Source of the DNA: Octopus sinensis
Taxonomy: Eukaryota
Assembly (NCBI RefSeq): GCF_006345805.1
Contig: NC_042998.1
Span: 168,702,001 to 168,766,000, forward strand
Direction: 5' to 3'
Length of the DNA: 64,000 bases
Made by a program: the position numbers and the translations under genes. This document shows, one piece after another, positions 14,029 through 26,218 of this stretch; the first letter of the stretch is position 1, and every line of letters starts with the position of its first letter. The notes beneath the pieces are model-generated. The model was not told the DNA's origin. It ran no database searches and saw only the letters and a list, made by a program, of their open reading frames with translations.

Positions 14029-14222
14029 CACCAGTAAGCGCATCATCATCATCATCATCATTATCATCATCAACAACAACAACAACAACATTCTCCTCCT
14101 CCTCATCATCATCATCATCTTCAACATCATCATCATCATCATATTCATCATCATCATCATCATCTTCATCATCATCATCATCATCATCATCGTCATCATC
14201 AACAACAGTATTCTCATCCTCA
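14029..14222. repeat. (ATC)n/(AAC)n trinucleotide array
   Basis: Directly visible; explains the poly-I/M/S ORFs. Confidence 0.95.
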
Positions 14223-15993
14223 TTTGGGTAGCTTATAGAAAAAAGTTCATCATCCCCGTTACAATATCAAATAGAACTGGAAAATAATATTTCAAGAAAC
14301 AAAAACATAAAAATAATAATAATGATATTAACATTAAAATAATATTGTATAACAGTGGTAAACTGTAAAGGTGGAATGGATTAGTTCCATTATTTCCGTC
14401 ATTAAGAAAAAAAGTCTCTCGTTATGGGAGTTCATAATGTTAAAGTTATTGGATTGTGTTCTGTATTAGAAAAATATACCACACCTAATTCTCATACTTG
14501 GAGTCCATGTAAATTATGCGAGAATCTGTATTTTTGTATTCACATATTGTTATACTTTATTCTTTCCCAGTCTCTCTCTTTGTGTGTACACATAGTAAAT
14601 TTGCAAATGTCTGTAAGTATAATTTATATCAATGTGTCTGTCCTTTGACACTGTGTCGTATAAAATCACCGTTAGTAAGAAAGATGTTCGACTGTCATTA
14701 GATTATGAAGATGAAAATCAAACAATGGAAAAAAGAAATTTATGAGCAGAATGTCCGGTTGTTGACTCTCTTAATGTCGACGAATGCTACATCCCTGCCA
14801 CAAACACAAGTAGTGTCAGGGTTCAAATGTGCAGTAATGTTTTGAGAAAATTATATTTGCGCCCGACTAACATAGAATCCTAAGAAATAAACTGCAAAAG
14901 GCCAACTAAGTAAAATAGAAAATGTCTGTGGATTCCAGCTGTTCTCTTCATAATTTATGCATTTATTATAAAAGAAAATGCCAGTGTCTTCAGAATTAAT
15001 GTTTTCAGATTATTACCTGTGTTTCTCTTAAAAAAATAGTATTGCTTTAAGCAAAATTGTTAGTGATTATATAAGTAGCCAAAATAGAAAGACACCCATA
15101 ATGCAGCGCTTTTGTATTGTGTTTTATAAAGACCTAGTTGAATATAATAGGATTCCACATTAATTATCCGAGATTCTGCATGGATGACATGCATAAGTGG
15201 GTTTAAATTCTTTAAGAAAAATATTTCTCTCTTGCAGTTTATAAAGGTAAAATTTAAATAAAATGAAACAGGATTTGGCTGGTGGAAGAATACTTATACA
15301 TTTTTCTCACAGTTTGGTAAGTGATTGAGAACACTTCTAGTAGTGTGTTTGGGTGTGAAAACGGCGGATGAATTTAAGGCAGGAATTGATAGAATGCTTC
15401 AGAAGAAATAAATAGACAAAGAAAGAAATGTTATCATCGCTAGGGTGGAAACTGGAGCAGCTTTACTTTGTGAGCTCCTTGCAGATAATGAGTGATAAAG
15501 TTCAACGATGTCTTTAACTTTCAATTCCTGATATGATCTGAAATGTATTTAAATAATTAAATTTGCTATTGTATCCACTTATAAAGGTAAGGAAATCACA
15601 TGTTTTCATATAGTTTTTAATGAATTAATTTTGGCAATAAGTATTTATAAAGTCTGCTTTCTAATCTGAAATCCTGAATATTAAAAGTTGTGAGCCCTTT
15701 AAACTTATTATAATTCACATGTATCTGAATTACATTATTGAAAGTGATACAACACCACCTGAGCGGTGACGAAATATTTGAAAATAGTTTTTTTTAGTAC
15801 CCAGAAATTCAAACTACAATTGAGACATGTTTAAATTATTTTTCTAGTGGAAATAGATGAATAAATAAAAAATATATCAACCAGTTGATGAAAAATACAG
15901 CCGATCTAGCAATCTACAAAATAATACAAAACGTTTAAAAACATATACTTCAATGTGTCACTTTCAAGAGAAAATCAGCTCTGTATGTTGAGT

Positions 15994-15999
15994 TTTATT
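15994..15999 (-). terminator. Possible poly(A) signal for the RASD transcript
   Basis: AATAAA on the minus strand ~180 nt after the stop codon. The motif is common in AT-rich DNA and there is no transcript evidence. Confidence 0.2.
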
Positions 16000-16180
16000 T
16001 TTAATCTGTTCAGGAATAATTACGTGCACAGAGCAAGTTAAAAGGAAGTATTTGCTTATCGTTCCAATCCGTACAAACGAGAGAATATTATAGGCAAAGT
16101 TTCCTGTCAGAATTCCAGTTTTCAATGAAATTATAATTTGCTTTTCAAAATGGAAACAAAAACAGTTCTTGTCAAATGGA

Positions 16181-16728
16181 TCACTGTATCAGACATTTGG
16201 ATTCACGTGCTCCATCTGGTGAGGTTTTAGTGCGTCCTGTCCTTGTCTGAGCAACAAGCAGGTCAGTTCTAATACTTGGTCTACGTACGTTTGGTGCAAC
16301 AGTTCCACAAGCATCACTCATTTTTCGTCGAATAGACATACCTTTTCTTTGATTGTTACCACTAGTTGAACCAATGTATGTTGGCTGAACTCGGCGGTGC
16401 ATTGATGGACTCATTTCTGAAGGGAGTTTAGCAATTTCAAATAAACGTAGAAATACTTCATCAACATTAACGCTCTTTTTTGCTGATGATTCAACGAAAG
16501 CGCAGCCATGCTGCCCTTCTATCTGCTTAGTCACTTCTGAGGCTTCGACAACCCTTTCACTTTCTTTGTCAGCTTTGTTACCGACAATAACCATTGGGAT
16601 ATCCAAAGTCTTCTGACTCTTTAAACCTGCACAGTGACCTTTGCATTCTAGAATTTGTTCTCGTAGTCGAATAGCTTCTTCAAAAGACTCTCGGCTGTCG
16701 ATAGAATAGACGAGGATAAACAAGTCAC
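16181..16728 (-). CDS. RASD1: Terminal coding exon of a RASD1/RASD2 (Dexras1/Rhes) family small GTPase
   Basis: Acceptor tatatttttcag|GT GAC TTG (phase 1) gives (G)DLFILVYSIDSRESFEE, matching the RASD GDVFILVFS exon junction. Contains G4 VGNKAD, G5 ESSAK, the RASD-type tail SDACG...RRPSIRTDL, and C-terminal CaaX CLIQ then TGA. RASD1 versus RASD2 cannot be resolved; it may be co-orthologous to both. Confidence 0.93.
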
Positions 16729-16872
16729 CTGAAAAATATAATAAAACAAATATATTATTTTCTTTCTATACATATATAGGTACATAATTACAAACACATG
16801 TACATGTGTATACTATGCATACATATAAGTATGTGTGTATATGTCTGAAGATAAGCTTTCCATATATTACTT

Positions 16873-16898
16873 TGTGTGTGTGTGTGTGTGTGTGTATG

Positions 16899-16978
<80 letters not shown>
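16873..16978. repeat. (TG)n microsatellite, read as (CA)n in the RASD pre-mRNA
   Basis: ~106 bp with one interruption, 145-250 nt upstream of the 3' splice site. Confidence 0.95.
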
Positions 16979-16979
<1 letters not shown>

Positions 16980-18034
16980 ACATGCAAAGCACAGTAAAGG
17001 GATGAACGACATTTTCCAGGAAACTAGCTGACAAGCAAAACTGCAACGAGCTGTTTACTTCTCCTGCCGTGTGCAACTTTCAGTCCACGCCACTACAGAA
17101 TGTCTGATATCACGCGCTGAGTAGCTTGATTGTAAGTTAATCTGCTGAAATACTTGCCGCTAAATAGTTGCTAAGATCCCCAGGAAATTCTGTGCAATAT
17201 CAAATGCAATTTTCAGAAAACAAATTTTATATACAATTTTTTTGGTACTATATAGACACAGACATATTTATTCTTACATCGAATTTCAGAGACAAAATAC
17301 CAGAGGCGCAAGAATTTATTAAATCAGCTATTTTTTTAATGTATTTTGAATGGATTTATAAGAAAATGGGGAAAACTGATAAAGTATTTATTTCACTTAC
17401 AGGTACGTTAAATGGAACGCCACATCAAATGAATGAAGGATTAGCTCAATTGCCTTCAGGAGAAAGAGAAGTCAGATACGGTATGACTATGTTTTCCTGT
17501 GGCGTAAGCGACGTAAGTAAAGTTAAATACCCAGTGAATGTAAAAACAATTTTTGCAAATTTAACCCTTACAGAACACTGACATAATTAGGTACATAAAT
17601 TACACTGACAAGCTTGTAATTTTGATGTAAAACCTAGTAATTCTAGTGTCACATAACAAATGAACAATGTATATATTATGTATACTTGAAATTATCCTAA
17701 AAACAAATTCCGTTTTGCATAATTGACCATAGAAAAGACAGCAAAAAAATTAAGGATATTTAGATGAAAAAATAAGTCGAAGTCTCATTAAAAACTGTAA
17801 GTTACACTGAAACACATTTATAACAGAGAAGATTCAAGATCTAGCAGCAATAATTCCTCAGACAAATTAACTCATTTCATAAGCTGCTTTCACAAGCTAA
17901 AATAATTGACTCGCATTTTTGTTCCATTCTTAAGTTATTTCATCTCCCTCACCCCTCTGTCATTGATATGCATTCATATACATATTTGCACCCATATATT
18001 AAAGTATGAATTACAAGCAACGCTAATAATGGTT

Positions 18035-18200
18035 TTAAGGTTTGACAAAAGGCCAGTATTTCAGGGGAGTGGATTAGTTGATTAAATTGAACTCTGTATT
18101 CAACATGTATTTATTTTATCGATCCCGAGAAGATGAAAGGCATAGCCAGCCTCGGCAGAATTTGAACTCAGAACATAAAGACAAGAAACTCAAATAATTC
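18035..18200 (-). mobile_element. SINE family 1, partial
   Basis: ATCGATCCCGAGAAGATGAAAGGCATAGCCAGCCTCGGCAGAATTTGAACTCAGAAC matches the 856-1403 core. Confidence 0.75.
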
Positions 18201-18907
18201 AAACATTATCGATACCACATAATTACTGATGTGTTTTGTTAATTCGCTTCTTAAGTTCGGGACAATGCCAGGCGAAATGTCACTTTAAAACGCAGTGTTG
18301 AAAAGTTAAGACATTGAATAATCAAACCAGGTGAGACAATTCGTCCCGTGAATGATCGAGAACGGAGGATATAGATATTTCGGTTAACGATAAGGCGTAA
18401 ACGATATATGGTATCGATAATGTTTATATTTTTAGTGCTGCTTATAACTCAAAGTTGAATTTTTTTTTCTCTCCGCAGTGCTGTTGCACATCAGGAAATA
18501 GATGCTACACTAATAGCATATTTACCAAAAGCCAGAAACCAAAATGCAAACACACACACAAGCAATAATTAAACGTGAGCTATTATAAGTTTCATGCCTC
18601 TGGAAATACAACGCTTTGACGAGATTGTACAGTGTCTCGTGTGTTTTCAAGCAATCATTCAGGCTCAGAACAAAATAAAGCCGCTCTCTGATACTACCAT
18701 CAACGGAACAATACACTACACTACACATATACACACCCACACATACATACACACATACAATTATTATTAGTAGTAGTAGTAGTATTTAAAACATTTTGAT
18801 TCGGCTCCGTGTGATTTAAAATTCCGCTCCCTTCTTTACAGAAACCTAGCTCTTTCAGACTTAACAAACAGATTTCGTTTACATAACTCCTGCTAAATGT
18901 ATTGAGT

Positions 18908-18938
<31 letters not shown>

Positions 18939-19009
18939 CCCCTTTCTCTCTCTTTCTCTGCGTGCGTGTGTGCGTGTGCGTGCATGGGTGTGTCTGTATT
19001 TGTGTGCGC

Positions 19010-19156
19010 TCCACTCACCATCTGACAACATGTGTCGGTTTGTTTACGTCCCCGTATTTTAGTATTTCAGCAAAAAAAAGCGACAAAATGACAGGCTTTA
19101 CACAAATAAGTACAGAGTCGATATGGTCGACTGAACCCTCCCAAAAGATGCCCCTG
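19010..19156 (+). mobile_element. SINE family 2, decayed 3' half
   Basis: TGTTTACGTCCCCGTA... resembles the 3' half of the 40346-40730 copy. Confidence 0.55.
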
Positions 19157-19261
19157 ATAGAAGCAAGTAAAAATTCAAGGATATATCTGTTTACTATGCC
19201 TAGCATAGAAGCAAGTAAAAATTCAAGGATATATCTGTTTACTATGCCTAGCATAGAAGCA
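19157..19261. repeat. Perfect 48-bp tandem duplication
   Basis: ATAGAAGCAAGTAAAAATTCAAGGATATATCTGTTTACTATGCCTAGC at 19157 and 19205, then a third ATAGAAGCA at 19253. Confidence 0.95.
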
Positions 19262-21018
19262 GACGTCGTTAAATCAATATCATTTCTTTTACCTATTCTC
19301 TGGCCTGATTGATATAGGGCATCACTCGAAATATTTTATTCCTATCCACTTTTTTTGGTGCATTTATTTTCATTTTACTTATCCATGTTATCGCTTCGTA
19401 TCGTATTTTTACTCTCTTTTAACCAGGTTTTTCACTTGCCTGAGCTTACGTATCAACTGTGTTTGTCTCCTCCTTGTCACATAATCTCCCTCTAATAGCA
19501 TATATACCACAAGCTAGTAACCAAAATGCAAACACACATACATACATACATACACACACGTATGCGCGCACACACATGCACATACATATAAACAAGATTT
19601 ATCTGCGAGCTACTATAAGTTTCATGCCTCTGAAAATACAATGATCTACACACACACACACACGCACGAACATACACATGAACAGATACATACACATATA
19701 CATTACTACATACATACCTACATATATATGTGTCGTAAGTATCCGTGTATTCACAAAATTAGGTATAAACAACATATATGTTCATGCTCTATGTATGCAT
19801 GCGTGTGTGCGTGCGTATGTGTGTACTTGTATACGTGTACGGGTCTCTTTTGTGTGAGCGCGCGCGTGTGTGTGCGTGCGCGCGCGTGTGTGCGTTGCTC
19901 TCAAAATTTACTCATGTTAGCGTGATCAGATGTATTATTCAAATGTCTCTGTACAGAAGACCACGTTTCTTCGGGGAAGCCAACGATTCCGGTGATCCTA
20001 CATTAGATTAATATCTCAGATTAGTGTCTCAAGGATTTATCTCTAATGTACATATGCTACTTCTTGCAGATAACATCTTAGGATTTTAAGTTAAAGGATA
20101 AGACTGCGTTAGTAATGACTTAACTTATAAGAAGTGTGTTTGTTTCCGTCGATACTACACCAGAAATAGTAATTTAGCTAAGGTGAAAATATATATTTCA
20201 ACTTTCTTTTTCTGCACACTCCATACTTATTAATTAGCTTTTAATTGTATGTTGTAGTAAAAGTAAGTAAATTATTCATTATTGTTGAAGGTGCGAATCG
20301 ATAGCATTCTCATGTTGTTGGATAGAGCTCTCGCGTCGCAGTATTTGTGCCAACTCTCCGCACCCTGGATTCAAAATCGGTCGAGATCAACTCTGTCGTT
20401 TTTTAACAAAAATGTAGCAACCTACGATGGGCGATTAGTGGAAGTCCTTGGACGTCAGAAAGCGATATTTTGCGGTATCTGTTTCAGGTATTTGCGTTCT
20501 GACAGCAACGTCTAATTTGGTATCAGTCGTTGACCTTTTCTTGGTCCAATCAGTGACATGGATAGAGAAGACTTGCATGTATAGGAATCTGCTGCTGTTC
20601 CACAAGTAAAACTTGCTCAAACCTGCACTTACAAGTGCAAATGTAGAGTAAACTCTGACCGTTGGAGGCCTAAGATGCAGCCGGGAAAGATAGGCAGTGT
20701 TTGTCTTTCTTGTAGCTTTTGTGGATGAGGTTGTATAGTGGACCTGACTGAAATGCTTGAAGATACACTTCCTTCTTTGGCCAAGGTTTCATCGAATTTT
20801 TCATATTTCCCTTGAAATGAAAAGTGAAGGTAGAGAAATAAGTGCTGCCTTCCTGTAAATTGGCTGAAAGGTGGATGAAATTGAGGGAGGGGGAGAGAGT
20901 ACTTGACCCAGTGGTCAAAGTGACCGAGTTTTGTGAGTTTTCCACGAGCACACATATACACACACACACATATAAAGAAAGGCACTAAAGACATTTAGTG
21001 GGAATTACATAACCAAAT

Positions 21019-21161
<143 letters not shown>

Positions 21162-21169
21162 TGTGTGTG

Positions 21170-21365
21170 TGTATTTGTACCACACCGCTTGATAATTGGT
21201 GTTGGTTTGTTATGTCCCCAGTAACTTAGTGATTCGGCAAAAGTGATAATAGAATAAGCAGTAGGCCAATAAAAAAATAAGTGCTGGGATCGAAAGGTAA
21301 GACTAAATCCTTCATGGATGTTTACCAGTATGACCACAGTCTAATGACTAAAATACGTAGACGAT
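21170..21365 (+). mobile_element. SINE family 2, 3' half
   Basis: CACCGCTTGATAATTGGTGTTGG...GTCCCCAGTAACTTAG...ATAGAATAAG resembles the 40346-40730 copy. Confidence 0.65.
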
Positions 21366-21726
21366 AACAGATAGAACAGATAATAAGTAGAATAACTGCT
21401 ATGCTGAAAATTATTTGACTCTGTTGCGAAAAAAAAAGTGAAATTTTTCATAGCAAAATTTGCAAAGAAAATACGTCGACTTATATACCAAGACGAATTT
21501 AGAACTCTAAAAAATTGTATGTGAAATGCGGCACGGTAATATTTAAATATCTACACTAAATATATACTACGTTGGCTCGTATGCCGGAAAATACGTTATG
21601 TTGATCACGACTAAACATCATAAATTTCTTCACGGAAAATAAAACAACCAAAAAGAAGAAAAATATATTCAGATATAAAGAAAAGCATTAGAAATGCGAT
21701 AAGTATTTACAATTTTAAAAACAAAA

Positions 21727-21775
<49 letters not shown>

Positions 21776-21776
<1 letters not shown>

Positions 21777-22800
21777 AAGCAAAAAGTCACTTTCGATTGT
21801 CAAGCAAGCTTGCAAATTCGCAAGGCAACTTGACATTAATCCTGATATAGTTCAAGAACCTGAAACCACTGACACAAAACAAGCGAAATGGATCAAGCAG
21901 ACCGCAAAAAAGAACGAGCAAAAACAAATTGACGAGTGATGGAGTCAGAAGCTTCTGCATGGACAGTATATACTTCGAAGTTGAAATACTGATGTAAACC
22001 AATCAACAACCCATCAGTGGCTGAAAAGTTCAGGGCTGAAAGCAGAGACTGAAGGTTCCATATTGGCGGCACAAGCCCAAAACTTGCTCACAAAACACTA
22101 CCAGGTTAACGTTCTTTGCAACGGTTCTGACCGTAAATGTAGATTCTGCGACACATTTGACGAAACAATAAACCACCTCGTCTCGGGATGTCCTGTGCTA
22201 AGACCAAACGAATATAAAAATCTCCAAGATAGAGCAGGACAGTATGTGCATTGGGAAATAAGTAAACACTACAAAATCAGCACTCATGTTTACTGGTATG
22301 AACATCATCCTGAGCCAGTCGTTTAAGGTAAAAATTCCACTATCTTGATGGAGAAAGAAAAAAACTTGTACACTAATAGGTGTTAGTGTTTCCACTGATA
22401 AAAAATATATCTGTCAAGGAATTTGACAAAGTAAGTAAATATAAGGACCTGGAAATTGAAATATAAAATATGTGGCATCGTAAAACGAGAACTTTTCTTG
22501 CTATTGTAGGTTTCCTTGGTATGATAGAAAAAAGGGATACCGGAAGCTTTTATGTAAGATCCCAGGAGAACTATGTCTCAGAGAAATCCACAACATTGTA
22601 CAGACAAGTACTGCCCACATCCTTACAAAAACCCTATCTATTTAAATGTCTGTGTTTTATTACATGAAGATATTTCAATAGCTCCCCTTCCCAAGCTTTC
22701 AGTCATACTGTAACATCTATTATCCTTCCCTCGCCTCAAGACGATGGGTGTGTCTCGGCAAGTGACTGTAATAAACATGCAGATTAAAAGTAAAAATGCC
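21776..22800 (+). mobile_element. 5'-truncated R4/Dong LINE, 3' part (copy A)
   Basis: WLKSSGLKAETEGSILAAQAQ; zinc knuckle CRFCDTFDETINHLVSGCP; LQDRAGQYVHW; DKVSKYKDLEIE. Preceded by (TAG)n at 21727-21775 and followed by (TAA)n at 22802-22901. Confidence 0.88.
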
Positions 22801-22840
22801 TATAATGATAATGATAATAATAATAATGATAATAATAATA

Positions 22841-22891
<51 letters not shown>

Positions 22892-22901
22892 TAATAATAA
22901 T

Positions 22902-25411
22902 ATTTTCTGTAGCCCATCTTTTATACCACAGCGTAGATGGAACAAATAAGTCAATGCTGTGGTCATGGAGTGTTACTACCTTAGCAACCCTGTGGACGAA
23001 ATTGATGTTCATATTAGGGGATGCAGACAACGTATGTATGATCAATGGAGAGAAAGAGGATTGTTTCAAATCACGGGACAGAGATTATGCGATCAAGTTA
23101 GAGCAATAAGAAATAAATGGAGAGTGTACAGATGAAAAGTTGATACTAGATAACATTGAAAGTCAAACGTTTTGGAGTGACATCAGGAGCAAAGGCAAGG
23201 AGCATAAGAAGGATACTGAATGGTTACAAGAACTGAAACAAACAGTAGTCTGTCCAAAACAGGCAAACCTAGTTATTTCAGTTAGGGAAGTGAAGGAAAT
23301 CAATAAAAATTGGGCAACTGGATGGCCCCGGAACCAAATGGAGTCCAATGTTACTGGATCAAAAGATTTGATGTGATGCACGAATAGCTGCACAATTGCA
23401 GGCCGAAATCCTGCTTGCCACTTATGTGGAAATTATTAACTGGAATAGTCGCAGAGTCAAAGTACGAACATCTTGAAAAAATGGAATCCTTCCACATGAG
23501 CAGAAGCTTTGCAAGCGTAATTGCAGAGGTACCAAGGATCAAACTCCTGGTAGACAAAACTGTACTGGTAGACTGCAAGAGGAGGAAAACTAACTTAGCC
23601 ATGTCATTGATCGATTATTATAAGGCGTACGATATGATCCTACATTCTTGAATTATGGAATGTATGAACCTATTTGGTATTGCATCGAATATCGAGCGTT
23701 TGATTAGAAAAAGTATGGCGAAGTGGAGGAAGGAACTGACAGCATATGGAAGAAGTTTAGGGAGAATAGAAACCAAGAGAGGCGTCTTCCAAGGGGACTG
23801 CCTGTCCCCACTGATCTTTGTACTCTGCATGATACGATTACCTCTGGTCCTGAAGAAAATAAAGGCTGGGTATGTATTCATGAGCCGCTAACAAAAGTCA
23901 ACCATTTGTTATTCATGGATGACCTTAAACTTTATAGTAAAGATGAATTTCAAGTCAGTTTCCTCTTTGATACGGTGTATACTTTCAGTGCTGATATCAG
24001 AATGGAGTTCGGACTGAAAAAGTGTGGTGTGTTAGTCTTGAGGAGTGGCAAAATCATATGTATGGATGGGCTAGCGATACCGTCGGGGGAGGTTATGAAG
24101 CAGATAGAAGAGATGGGCTATAAGCATTTGGGGATATTGGAAATAGATAAATTTATGGAGAAAGAAATGACAAAAAAATTTAAGGTGGAATACTTGCGCA
24201 GACTGAGACTGATCCTTAAGTCAAAATTAAATGGACGGAGTAAGATTGAAGTTATCAACACCTGGGCGGTTTCACTCCGTAGATATGGAGTAGAGGTAAT
24301 CACATGGACAGTAGATGAACTAAACAGCTTAGACAGAAAGACAAGGAGGTTGCTGACTCTATATGGTATACTCCACCCAAAAGGTGACACAGACTGACTG
24401 TATGTACCAAGAAAAAGAGGGGAAGAGGACTGATTGGATGCGAACACAGTAGTAAAGTAGAAAACAACATAGCATGGTATGTAAAAAATGCCACAGAACC
24501 ACCATTATTGGAAGAAAGGTCAGGCTTGTGTAAGATGGAAGATTGCAAAGGACTTGAGAATGAATTGAACTGAAAATGGGTAAAGAAAAGAATGTAGGGA
24601 TAATTTCATAGGTACGTTGAAGATAAGACAGACAGAGAAAAAAGATGGCTATGGATGATTTAAAACCGGAAACGGAAGCTCTAATTTGTGCTGCCCAAGA
24701 GCAATCATTTAGAACGGATTACATCAAATACAGAATAGATAACACATCAGAAAGAGATAAGTGCAGAATTTGTGGACAGCATGGTGAAATCTTATAGCAT
24801 ATTACCATTCAATGTACGCCACTGGCCCAGAAAGAATATAAGAGACATCATGATAACATAGCAAGGATTTTCCATTTGACAATTTGCAACAAGTATGAAT
24901 TTGACAGAGCAAAAAAGTGATACGAACATAAATCCGAAGGCATCACCGAAAATGATAATGCAAAGATCCTATGGAATTTTATGATACAGTGTGACCATGA
25001 GATAGAGAATAGGAAATCAGGTATAGTTTTAATTGAGAAAGAAAGCAAACGATGCTAGATTATAGATATAGCATGCCCAGCTGACAACAAGGTATGTTAT
25101 GAGGAAGAAAGAAAAGTCGATAGATATGATAGGTTAGCTTGGGAGGTTAAGCAGTTGTGGTCGCTGAAAAAAGTGGTAGTAGTACCAATAAGTGTCGGTG
25201 TCCTGAGCACAGTGAGTAAAAATCTTGAGAAATACATAGAACAAATAGGGGATGCAGTAAGGGTGGAACACTTGCAGAAAACACCACTGCTTGGAACCAC
25301 ACGAATACACCAGATGGTGCTCGGTAATAAAGGGTGTTACCTTAGTTCACTGGTAGGGAACATGCTTACACCGTAGTACATCTTCAGCGTTAGATGCTGT
25401 GCAAAGACAGG
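22902..25411 (+). mobile_element. Decayed, internally deleted R4/Dong LINE (copy B)
   Basis: N-terminal GCRQRMYDQWRERGLFQITGQRLCDQVRAI. RT motifs IDYYKAYDMILHS, GVFQGDCLSPLIF, VNHLLFMDDLKLY and FGLKKC. Knuckle CRICGQHGE. Endonuclease IIDIACPAD...DRYDRL. Multiple stops and frameshifts; (TAA)n on both sides. Confidence 0.92.
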
Positions 25412-25424
25412 AATAATAATAATA

Positions 25425-25458
<34 letters not shown>

Positions 25459-25460
25459 GG

Positions 25461-25501
<41 letters not shown>

Positions 25502-26058
25502 TATAATTATAATTATAATAATCGCCTAAGAATTGATATTTTAATAGTTTAGTTTTTTTTTATTCAATTTAGTTTTTAGCTGATATTTCTGTCTAGGTGT
25601 ATTCTTGACAGATATTAAAATATTTTAATAAATGGTGTTATATTTTTTAATCTAATATTTATATAAATACCTATATGCTATATCTATCATTTTTCGTACA
25701 TTTCTTTGTTTTGATGTGTTCACTAAAATAAAAATAAACGTAGAAACTGAAAAAATAAATAAAAATAAGAAATTTTGTCAAAGTAAATATTTTGTTTTAA
25801 TACTTTCATTGGTTTCTTTTCTTTTCGTGACTACAGTTCAATATTCGTTATTTCCGACATCTCAATACCAAGAAAAGCAGACATTTTGAATTTCTGTACA
25901 TCAGTTTAATATCTTTTCAAGTAGCATTTGATAATCTAGTGGCATTCTGATTCAAATACTGCCAAAGGATTGACCTGACGATGAATTTATCGGAGATGAA
26001 CTGTCTGCAAGCGCTCTCTAAATATAGCAGTATGCTTTTGTGTGCGTGTATGCGCGAT

Positions 26059-26062
<4 letters not shown>

Positions 26063-26122
<60 letters not shown>

Positions 26123-26156
26123 AGTGTGTGTCTGTGTGTTGTGTGTGTCTGTGTGT

Positions 26157-26187
<31 letters not shown>

Positions 26188-26218
26188 GTGTCCGTACAGA
26201 GAGAGAGAGAGAGAGAGA
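26063..26218. repeat. (TG)n plus (AG)n microsatellite
   Basis: Directly visible. Confidence 0.95.

Noticed and set aside
16483-16504. CTGATGA-TTCAAC-GAAA hammerhead-like string on the plus strand
   Set aside because: It is the antisense of the FVESSAK codons of the GTPase; stems II and III cannot form.
17168-17581. 137-aa non-repetitive ORF antisense to the RASD intron
   Set aside because: Starts at TTG and has no recognisable motif. Roughly one ORF of this size is plausible by chance in 64 kb across six frames (rough estimate only). A BLASTP or Ribo-seq hit would revive it.
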